Below are positions 56,869-64,000 of a stretch of DNA of 64,000 bases, piece by piece; within the stretch, counting starts at the first letter, position 1, and every line of letters starts with the position of its first letter. Origin of the DNA: a bacterium (GTDB lineage Bacteria > Patescibacteriota > Andersenbacteria > UBA10190 > CAIZMI01); the NCBI GenBank assembly GCA_030647555.1, contig JAUSJG010000024.1, forward strand, positions 3,878 to 67,877. Reading direction: 5' to 3'. The position numbers were made by a program, and so were the translations under genes. The notes under the pieces are model-generated. The model was not told the DNA's origin and did no database searches. It worked only from the letters and a program-made list of their open reading frames with translations.

Positions 56869-58752
56869 TCACTTCTTCTTTGTCGTGAGCAAACCCAACG
56901 TGTTGCCTTTCACGACAACAATCGTCGAGCCGTCAATCAGCTGAATTGCGTCACCTTCGGAAACGGCGTCGACCGTTCCTTCTCGAACTACCGGATCTCC
57001 TCCTTTCTTCCAAATCATCAACCCGTCATCCGCCGAGAACAAGATTGTTCCCTTTAGATATGCGGCCTGATTGATTACCCCGGAAAACTGCGCGGATTGC
57101 ACAACATCGGTTAAGACCTCAAATCGATCAACCAATGTTACTTGCTTGCCACGTGTGTTTTCCAGTACCCGAAACACCACTAATTCACTTTTGTCGAAAG
57201 CGGCAACGTGCTGGCGTTGTTGAAAATACCCGCGCGGAATGCCTTGGACGGCAATCTTTTTTCGCGCGAAACCCTGCAACACCGACCATTCATAGACGCC
57301 GCTCGCGTAGGCCATAATCACCAGACCAGCCAGACATTCTCCCAACCAAGTGGCACCAATCGGCATTCCTTGCACAACTGGTTTATATACCCAGTTGCCA
57401 ACGATGGATTGCCAACGCATCACCTGCGCACCGACGCAACGATGGAAGAATTCACCGACACCAAACGACGGTTTTCCCAGAAAATTGTTCGTCGTCGTCG
57501 TTTCAATTTTTTCTCCAGAATGATTGAAAATTTGGACGCTTTCAGAATCCGCCACCACCACCAGTTCTTTTCCGATAGCAACGGAATAATCCGCACCACT
57601 TTGAATTTCGAACTGAAGGAAGTTTTCTTTTTCGACTTTTCCGCTTTCACTCAACACACTCAATCTGAAACGCTTTCCTTCACGCACTACCATGAGAACT
57701 TGTCTTGCGACAATCGCAGTAGCGACGATCGGATAACGCGTCTTGAAGATGTCGGGAGTATATTGCACTGCAAACACTCCTACCGGTTGAGGCATAAACA
57801 CCTGTTTTTGACAAAACGGACACTTGGCACGCGCGAACTCGTTGTGGCAATGGGGGCACTCTTGGAACTTGAGCTCAAACATCCAGTCGGGCAGAGATTT
57901 CTCCGCTCTTTTCATCTGGACTAACTCTTGCTCCAAGAGTTGCAACGCTTCATCCGGCAGAATTTCAATCGGCAAGGCGTTGCCGATCGTTTCCGCCTTC
58001 GGATGAAAGCGGGACAATCCCGCCAGAACCCGTTCGGGAATATCCATCCCCGTCGTGGCTTTCTTAAACCATTGACCGGCCGCCCGAAATGGGTGACCAC
58101 CGCGCGTTATCCCCGTGATATAGTGGATACGTAATGACCACTCGTCATCTTCCGGCAGAAATGGCACCAACCCAGCAGCCAAATCACGGTTGTAAAGCCG
58201 TGGCGCGCCGTAGGCAAAATGAATCTCCCTGCCATTGAAACCGGGAACTTGGTAAGAATCGGCGTCACAGCCCAAGACCTTCCCAAACTGTGAAAAGTGA
58301 AACATGGCATTGCCGGGATTGAAATCGCAAATAACCAATCCGGCCACGTGAATCAGGTTTTTCAGGGCGTTCAATCCCTTAAGAACTTTCAGCGCGCGAC
58401 TTGGCGTGATCAATTGCCTCGCCCAAAATTGCGGCGAGTAAAGTTCGGCTAACGCCCCATACCCTTTTGGCATCAGTTCCATGATGAAACCTTGAAAGAC
58501 ATCTTGCCTATCGGTAATCACTTTTTCCGGTGGCAAAATTTCCTTAGGCAAATTCATGGTGACCATCCGCGGAATCTTCTGCGCCCTTACCTCCCGCATC
58601 GTTTCTTTATCCGGATCACCATCGTAAACGAAAATCTTCGCCGCTTTCGGTTTTCCTTGAACATCACAGCGATAGACACTCGCCATCGCCCCCTGTCCGA
58701 GCATTTCTTTCAGCTGAACAGGTTTTCCGTCAACGTAAACGATATCGCTCAT
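56869..58752 (-). CDS. eukaryotic-like Ser/Thr protein kinase domain + CxxC...CxxC zinc ribbon + C-terminal beta-rich domain
   Basis: LGQGAMASVY (Gly loop), AAKIF (VAIK-like), VICDFNPGN (catalytic loop), GCDADS (DFG-like), CPHCHNEFARAKCPFC. Confidence 0.65.
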   Translation of the reverse strand: MSDIVYVDGKPVQLKEMLGQGAMASVYRCDVQGKPKAAKIFVYDGDPDKETMREVRAQKIPRMVTMNLPKEILPPEKVITDRQDVFQGFIMELMPKGYGALAELYSPQFWARQLITPSRALKVLKGLNALKNLIHVAGLVICDFNPGNAMFHFSQFGKVLGCDADSYQVPGFNGREIHFAYGAPRLYNRDLAAGLVPFLPEDDEWSLRIHYITGITRGGHPFRAAGQWFKKATTGMDIPERVLAGLSRFHPKAETIGNALPIEILPDEALQLLEQELVQMKRAEKSLPDWMFELKFQECPHCHNEFARAKCPFCQKQVFMPQPVGVFAVQYTPDIFKTRYPIVATAIVARQVLMVVREGKRFRLSVLSESGKVEKENFLQFEIQSGADYSVAIGKELVVVADSESVQIFNHSGEKIETTTTNNFLGKPSFGVGEFFHRCVGAQVMRWQSIVGNWVYKPVVQGMPIGATWLGECLAGLVIMAYASGVYEWSVLQGFARKKIAVQGIPRGYFQQRQHVAAFDKSELVVFRVLENTRGKQVTLVDRFEVLTDVVQSAQFSGVINQAAYLKGTILFSADDGLMIWKKGGDPVVREGTVDAVSEGDAIQLIDGSTIVVVKGNTLGLLTTKKK

Positions 58753-59651
58753 TAAGTCACCTCTCTTTCAATAAAAACACCGCTGATATCATCATCAAAA
58801 ATCACCGATCCGTCCGGCATCGTATTTTTTTTCACCAACAGACGCGCCAAATCGTCCACCTCTTCGGGATGATAAACGTTCCACGCATCATCACTCGACA
58901 AGATAGTTAGATCCTCGTCCTCTCGTCGGTTGTTGAGATCCAACAGCCAAGTTTCAAACTTGCGCCACTTCCAACGCCCAAACGGATTAGCCGGCGCATG
59001 ATGCCAAGGCCAACCATCGGTCGTAACTCCCAACTTTTGAAAATTCGGTGGCACACGAATTACTTTGGAATGTAGATCGGCTGGATCGCCAGGGTATTCC
59101 TGACCCTTGATCGCCAACATGTAACCCAAATAGGGCGGCATGTCATTGTAGTCAAAGATGCTTAATTTCCCGTCCAAGGAAACTTTTGCATCACCACGAA
59201 CCAAAACCAATCCTCCTTCATCTTCATGCACACAAACCCCCAGAACGGTTGCTTGATACATTTCTGCAATCGCGGCATAAACCAAGTAGTTATCCGACTC
59301 CATCAGATCAACTGCACGGTCGTAAACCGTAAGTTCCGACAGAAATTGTGCTCCACCCGGATAAGCGGCAATGGCATTCATCAGATATCGCTGTAACAAC
59401 CGGTCGTAGGCGCCGGGAAAAATATCCCAGGACACACCCAGTTTGACCAGTTGCCACATCGCCTGCGTGGCGGCATGACACAGCTGCGCCGCACCGGCCT
59501 CACTTTTACTGCTTGCAGAACAACCATCGGCAACAGAGGCGACGATCATTTTGTCGCGCCGAAAGGAAAAAACCATATCCTGGCAGTTCTTTCGGCGATT
59601 GTAATGCGTCGGACCAGGTTTTGCCGCCGAACCACACCATACTCTTCCCAT
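58752..59651 (-). CDS. PP2C-family Ser/Thr phosphatase
   Basis: NCQDMVFSF...IVASVADGCSAS resembles the PP2C N-motif (NQD...AVADGMGG). TAATG stop/start overlap with the kinase gene. Confidence 0.7.
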   Translation of the reverse strand: MGRVWCGSAAKPGPTHYNRRKNCQDMVFSFRRDKMIVASVADGCSASSKSEAGAAQLCHAATQAMWQLVKLGVSWDIFPGAYDRLLQRYLMNAIAAYPGGAQFLSELTVYDRAVDLMESDNYLVYAAIAEMYQATVLGVCVHEDEGGLVLVRGDAKVSLDGKLSIFDYNDMPPYLGYMLAIKGQEYPGDPADLHSKVIRVPPNFQKLGVTTDGWPWHHAPANPFGRWKWRKFETWLLDLNNRREDEDLTILSSDDAWNVYHPEEVDDLARLLVKKNTMPDGSVIFDDDISGVFIEREVT

Positions 59652-59835
59652 TTTGTCACTCCTTGTACTTATTATCTAGAATCGCAAGTTGTCAAAACAA
59701 CCAACCAAACCGCACCCTTTTGACCCTACGAGGATCATCCGGAGCAAGGGGTAAAGGTATATCACATCTATAATTCTTGTCAAGCAAAAAATCGGCTTGT
59801 TTTGACACATCAAAACGGCCATACTGACCGCTAAT

Positions 59836-60381
59836 ATGAATAATATTATTGATGCTCAAAATGGCGACGAGACGGCATTTGCTGAATTGGTTAAACAAAA
59901 CTTGCCACTAATTTACCGCTACATATTTCGATTAACGGGAAACGTGGCCACGGCCGAGGATTTAACCCAAGAAACATTCGTGCGCGTTTGGAAAAACTTG
60001 TCGCGTTTTGACACCAAAAAACCTTTTCGCCCGTGGCTTTACCGCATTGCGCGCAACTGCGCTTTCGATTTCTTGCGCAAGAAAAATACCGTGCCGTTTT
60101 CTTATTTGTCGGAGCAGGAGCAACTAAAATTGGGAACCCTGCCGGACAATAGTACTTCTCCGGCCGATGCACGCGATAGCACTTCGCAAATCGTTTTGTT
60201 GACAACAGATACAACCTACGAAAAGACGACAACCGCCACACAAGGTGATTTTCAAACAAGTGCCTCGGTAGTAATAAACGGCAAATCCAATCCGGATGGT
60301 TCAGTCACCGCCACATCCGTCCAAACCGCGCCGGCAAATTTAGGACAAGGTCAAAATCAAGGTCGACTAATAAGTCAGTAA
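59836..60381 (+). CDS. ECF sigma-70 region-2-only protein (no region 4) with Thr/Ser/Gln-rich C-terminal tail
   Basis: DLTQETFVRVWKNLSRFD...FRPWLYRIARNCAFDFLRKK is clear sigma region 2. No HTH/region 4 follows in any frame. Confidence 0.5.
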   Translation: MNNIIDAQNGDETAFAELVKQNLPLIYRYIFRLTGNVATAEDLTQETFVRVWKNLSRFDTKKPFRPWLYRIARNCAFDFLRKKNTVPFSYLSEQEQLKLGTLPDNSTSPADARDSTSQIVLLTTDTTYEKTTTATQGDFQTSASVVINGKSNPDGSVTATSVQTAPANLGQGQNQGRLISQ

Positions 60382-60397
60382 ATATCTAAACAGAAAA

Positions 60398-60419
60398 AGT
60401 GTCAACTACTGTTGACACT
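60398..60419. terminator. perfect 9-bp hairpin AGTGTCAAC-tact-GTTGACACT flanked by A5 (5') and TTTAAAAAAA (3'); possible bidirectional terminator
   Basis: Seen directly. The T-run is stronger on the minus strand. Confidence 0.45.
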
Positions 60420-60514
60420 TTAAAAAAATACCCCTAAAATACGAACACATCCCCCTGGGATCGTCCCCGAGTGATGTGTTCGTTTCTCTCGAGAACTTCA
60501 GAAGGGAGTCTCTC

Positions 60515-60781
60515 ATGCAACGGTTTTTGGTTGTAGTGGCGTCGATGATTTTTTTTGTCTCAATCATTTCGGCCGGCAACGCGTTTGGCGATGCTTTCCG
60601 GCTTGGTTGCGGATGCGGACGCGGAGCCGACCCGTCGGTTTGCGTGGCCACCACGACACCGCCCACCACGCACGAAGTTGCCCAAGTGGCCGTTCCCAAG
60701 CAACCCAACGCCGGTTGCGCGGGAAAAGCGTGTAAGCAACGCCTCGGATCGCGATTGGCGGCTCGCCTCCGACATCGCTAG
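60515..60781 (+). CDS. small secreted Cys-rich peptide (88 aa) with strong Shine-Dalgarno
   Basis: aagggag 7 nt upstream of the ATG. MQRFLVVVASMIFFVSIISAGNAFG signal peptide, then GCGCGRG...C...CAGKAC. A GC-rich region with overlapping ORFs lowers confidence. Confidence 0.35.
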   Translation: MQRFLVVVASMIFFVSIISAGNAFGDAFRLGCGCGRGADPSVCVATTTPPTTHEVAQVAVPKQPNAGCAGKACKQRLGSRLAARLRHR

Positions 60782-60954
60782 ACGCCTGATGTCTGCGACC
60801 CGGCACGTTTTCGTACTACCAAGTACGGAAACGTGCTCTTTTTTAATCCCCATTAACGTCTTCCTGATCACACGCAATAGTGGGATAGTTTCAGTAAAGC
60901 GATATTCCTTTAAGCCATTTTTACCACATCGGAGGTACCACTTCCGGGATCGGA

Positions 60955-61971
60955 TTAGTAACTGTGAATAATTTTCAATATATTGCTTGAAAGACTTTCA
61001 AATTCTTCTTTAGATTTTTCAATGTTTTCTTTTGTTCCCTGATGATGATCCGCAACCTGCGCGGGGTCCAAGTTGAAAATAGCCGTCCCAATCTCCTGAC
61101 ACTTTGATGGAATTCTTCCATAATCCTGAACAGTTTGTAATGGATTTCTCCAACTACTCTCCACAAGCCCGTTCCGGCAATGCTTTTCCGACAAATATTC
61201 TCTCACCTTGCCGGGAATTTTCTGCATCCACGCACGATGATCGGCGATTGGCTGTTCACCATAAACATTATATGAATTGACAATATAACCGATAAAAAGA
61301 GGGTCGCCCTGCAAAACAAATTTCGTTTCAGTGTTTCCGGCCAGTGCCTTCGCGCTATTCCTCCAATTTATTTTCCACTTTTCATAAACGATACCAAGAT
61401 TTTCAATTCCCTGAACACTGAAAGCATCAGGCAACACCGGAACAACGAAATAATCCGCGCCAAGCAAAATCATTTGATTAAGCAAACCCAAACTTGGCGA
61501 AGTATCAATCACAAAAACATCAACTTGATCGCTTAATCCTTTTTCCCTCAAAAAACGATCAATCGCGCTTGTCTGAAAATATCCTATTTGCTGACCGGAT
61601 GCCGCTTGGCCATAGGCAGTGATTAATAAACCCTCATAAACAGACAAATTCAAGTCCCCTTTCAATAAAAACAAGTTAGAATTTTCCCTAACTCGCAAAA
61701 ATTGCACGCCAAGATTGATATCGGAACCACCCTCGACCACACCTTTTAATACGTCAAAAATTGTCTTTTCATCTCCCGAAAAAAGATTCTTAACGTAAAA
61801 CTCCTCGCCCATCGCAAGACGACTAAGATTGCACTGCGGATCCAAATCGATCAACACTGTCTTATAACCTTTTTCCGCAAAAGCTACCGCACAATTATAG
61901 GCAAGGGTTGTTTTTCCTACACCGCCTTTATTGTTGGAAAAAATTACTTTTTTCGACCGCGGAAACTTCAT
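60955..61971 (-). CDS. ParA/MinD-family P-loop ATPase with long C-terminal extension (orphan; no parB seen)
   Basis: NNKGGVGKTT deviant Walker A; 338 aa. Confidence 0.75.
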   Translation of the reverse strand: MKFPRSKKVIFSNNKGGVGKTTLAYNCAVAFAEKGYKTVLIDLDPQCNLSRLAMGEEFYVKNLFSGDEKTIFDVLKGVVEGGSDINLGVQFLRVRENSNLFLLKGDLNLSVYEGLLITAYGQAASGQQIGYFQTSAIDRFLREKGLSDQVDVFVIDTSPSLGLLNQMILLGADYFVVPVLPDAFSVQGIENLGIVYEKWKINWRNSAKALAGNTETKFVLQGDPLFIGYIVNSYNVYGEQPIADHRAWMQKIPGKVREYLSEKHCRNGLVESSWRNPLQTVQDYGRIPSKCQEIGTAIFNLDPAQVADHHQGTKENIEKSKEEFESLSSNILKIIHSY

Positions 61972-62071
61972 AATTGCATTATGCCAGATGCGTCAAATAT
62001 ATCAAAATCAAAACAACTACACAAACAAAAAACCATTTGCCAAAGCCTGCTTTACACATTACACCATAGCT

Positions 62072-64000
62072 ATGACTTTACTCTCGCCTGATATTATTAA
62101 TCGCTCCGCAAAGAAATACTTTGATTACGCCATTTTTCGCCGTGGCGAGGATTATTTTCAACGCGGACGGGTAAAAAATATCGATTTTGAGATTAGCGAG
62201 GATGACAAAACAGTACTGGTGACCGCGAAAGTCCGCGGTTCAAGAAGCTATGAATCTTCCGTAACGTTCAACGCGGAAAGCGGTGAAATTTTAGACGCAA
62301 CATGCACTTGCCCATATGATGACGCCTGCAAACATTGCGTTGCGACCGCACTGGCATTTGCCGAAAAAACCGCAATTACGAAGGTTTCGGGAGTAAACGA
62401 AGTAATAGTTAAAACGGCGTTGAAAAATATGGGCATTTCCGTCGAAAAAATGCCCGCGGATTTATTAAACCGCATTTTGGATTACCAAGAAGAAACCCAA
62501 AAACAACCACGTTTATTTGCGGTTCCGAAAAAGGTTTTGATGCCAAAAATACCTAAACCACCTCAACCGAAAAAGTTTTTTATCAAGCTTTCTCATTATC
62601 CTTATTATGCTCCAAGTTTATACAACGAAGATAACCCCCACCAACCCGCCAGTTTAAAAAGAACACTGGATTTACCACAAATAACGACAGCGCAATGTGA
62701 ACTGCTTTTACTTATTCAGGAGGGAAATTTCCAACAATACTCCTCCGCTCAACCGGACTACGGCAAATTATTGCCACTTCTTGCCAAGGCGGAATTCCCT
62801 GTTTATCGCGAAAACATTTATACCGAAGATACGCAACTTGATATTGTTATTGATCCGTCGCCCTTGCAGGCAACACTAAAACATTATTCCGTACGCCAAC
62901 AAATCGATAAAACAAAAGTACGGCACGACTTCTACCTGGAAATGCCCGCCAAATATTGGAAAACTGACGAATCTTTTTACGGCAATCCATTTTTAGCAAA
63001 TAATGATTGCGCCATTCGCGACACCGGAACAACTCTTGAACTGCATCGGCTTTCTCCGCTGTTGGCAAAATTAATTGCCCGAGCTCGTCGCGATTATTAT
63101 AGTGAAAGCAGTAAAATCACACCGCCGGTATGTACCGCAGAACTAACCGGAGATGAGGTGGCACAATATGAACAACTTACCGCCGATGTACAGCAGTTTT
63201 TGAAACTTTCCGCACCACTTCCGCCCCTTTCCGTTCACGTAGAAAAAAATACGCCCCGTCCGGTTTTTTTGGCGCACTTTAATAATGCGGAACAAGAAAT
63301 AAACGTAGCGCCCGCCATCGACTACGGATTTTACCAACAAGATATTTCAAAAGACATATATTTAAGTAGACGAAAATACGATAGCGGACTAAAACGAGTG
63401 GCACCATGGGAACACCCCGGTACACATATCGTTGATGTCAAAGATAACATAATTCATGTTGCGGAAATAAATGCTGATCTGGAAATTAACTTGTTTTCGG
63501 AAATCATGAAGAAAAACACTGAACTGGGTTTTTCTGAAAAATTAAGATGCAAAAAAATAGGAACCAAACCGCTTGAAAACTACCTGCGCGACGGTTGGCC
63601 CAAAGTATTGGCGTATGCCAATGAAAAAGGCTACGGAATAATTTTTACGCAAGATACACTACCAACGGAAGAAGAAATTTTTCGCGCCGATTTTGCGTCA
63701 CAAATAAACGCTGACAATGATTGGCTTTATTTCGATTTAAAGTGTTATTGCGGAGAAGAAAAAGTTACCCTAGAAAAACTACTTGAGTTCTTAAACAGTG
63801 GACAAAAATATTGGAAAAAAGATGACGGCACACTGGTAAACGTCGCCAACCGTGAGGAGCTGGAACGACTGGCGCGACTACTGGAAAGTTTTCACGCTAA
63901 AGAAAACGGCGGTTTCGAAGGGCGCCTGCACCACGCGGCGGAACTGGAATACGTGATGACCAGCTCACCCCACTACAATGCCGTTCGCGAAGAAAGCTTC
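62072..64000 (+). CDS. SWIM zinc-finger protein, probable N-terminal region of an SNF2-family helicase-associated protein; 3' end runs off window (absent from ORF track)
   Basis: Hand translation from the ATG at 62072 stays open for 643 codons. CTCPYDDACKHC is a SWIM CxC...CxH motif. Confidence 0.6.
   Translation, partial: MTLLSPDIINRSAKKYFDYAIFRRGEDYFQRGRVKNIDFEISEDDKTVLVTAKVRGSRSYESSVTFNAESGEILDATCTCPYDDACKHCVATALAFAEKTAITKVSGVNEVIVKTALKNMGISVEKMPADLLNRILDYQEETQKQPRLFAVPKKVLMPKIPKPPQPKKFFIKLSHYPYYAPSLYNEDNPHQPASLKRTLDLPQITTAQCELLLLIQEGNFQQYSSAQPDYGKLLPLLAKAEFPVYRENIYTEDTQLDIVIDPSPLQATLKHYSVRQQIDKTKVRHDFYLEMPAKYWKTDESFYGNPFLANNDCAIRDTGTTLELHRLSPLLAKLIARARRDYYSESSKITPPVCTAELTGDEVAQYEQLTADVQQFLKLSAPLPPLSVHVEKNTPRPVFLAHFNNAEQEINVAPAIDYGFYQQDISKDIYLSRRKYDSGLKRVAPWEHPGTHIVDVKDNIIHVAEINADLEINLFSEIMKKNTELGFSEKLRCKKIGTKPLENYLRDGWPKVLAYANEKGYGIIFTQDTLPTEEEIFRADFASQINADNDWLYFDLKCYCGEEKVTLEKLLEFLNSGQKYWKKDDGTLVNVANREELERLARLLESFHAKENGGFEGRLHHAAELEYVMTSSPHYNAVREESF

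Noticed and set aside
55891-57057. 388-aa + strand ORF and other long antisense ORFs (52526..53125, 55012..55641, 57208..57924, 47551..48825 region) in the GC-rich island
   Set aside because: They are Arg/His/Gln-rich and lack domain signatures. They lie antisense to well-supported genes and are typical spurious ORFs of GC-rich DNA.
60406-60708. 100-aa minus-strand ORF overlapping the small secreted-peptide gene
   Set aside because: No SD, begins inside a terminator hairpin, and lies antisense to an ORF with a strong SD and signal peptide.
62248-63340. Short ORFs 62248..62475 (-), 62697..62879 (+), 62847..63068 (-), 63143..63340 (-)
   Set aside because: All lie within or antisense to the long open SWIM-domain frame starting at 62072.
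1-64000. tRNA, rRNA and CRISPR scan
   Set aside because: No cloverleaf-compatible GTTCRANYC T-arm contexts, no rRNA-like conserved stretches and no repeat-spacer arrays were seen by eye; none reported.

Overview
The window looks like a mosaic bacterial chromosome segment (possibly a Gram-positive-like or candidate-phylum lineage) with an AT-rich backbone and GC-rich islands. Gene calls rest on motifs read directly from the translations; no searches were run. From left to right: (1) A sortase plus surface-protein cluster (3.2-8.4 kb) bracketed by two copies of a ~140 bp palindromic TTGAAAT/ATTTCAA element, with a thermonuclease and a GH130-like enzyme on its left side. (2) Split transketolase and a 2139-aa giant surface protein. 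(3) Core metabolism: a purS-purL fusion with purQ, an FGGY (glycerol-kinase-like) gene and gpsA. (4) A roughly 11 kb minus-strand copper homeostasis island (26.1-37.3 kb). It runs csoR, an HMA/permease/cupredoxin fusion, copZ, copA (CPC), DUF1573, a DsbD/CcdA-like protein, a second P1B-ATPase with an unusual CPD motif, small membrane proteins and a Met-rich protein. A candidate CsoR operator palindrome and a C9 tract lie upstream of copZ. (5) A block of small hydrolases (C39-like peptidase, DUF45, Nudix, EEP, methyltransferase, GH88) with repeated perfect hairpins and a 570 bp repeat-rich non-coding region (40.2-40.8 kb). (6) The most notable feature: a GC-rich ten-gene minus-strand operon (47.1-59.7 kb). 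It joins a TerY-P-like signalling triad (PP2C phosphatase, Ser/Thr kinase with Zn-ribbon, vWA protein) and an unusual fusion protein (unknown N-domain plus isochorismatase/nicotinamidase-like C-domain). Downstream it encodes an apparently complete route to rebuild NAD+ from ADP-ribose and nicotinamide: ADP-ribose pyrophosphatase (Nudix), a divergent Prs-like enzyme, PncB, an NMN/NaMN adenylyltransferase and glutamine-dependent NadE. A divergently transcribed ECF-sigma-like gene lacking region 4, a small Cys-rich secreted peptide gene, an orphan ParA and a partial SWIM zinc-finger (SNF2-associated-type) gene follow. I found no rRNA, tRNA or CRISPR array.
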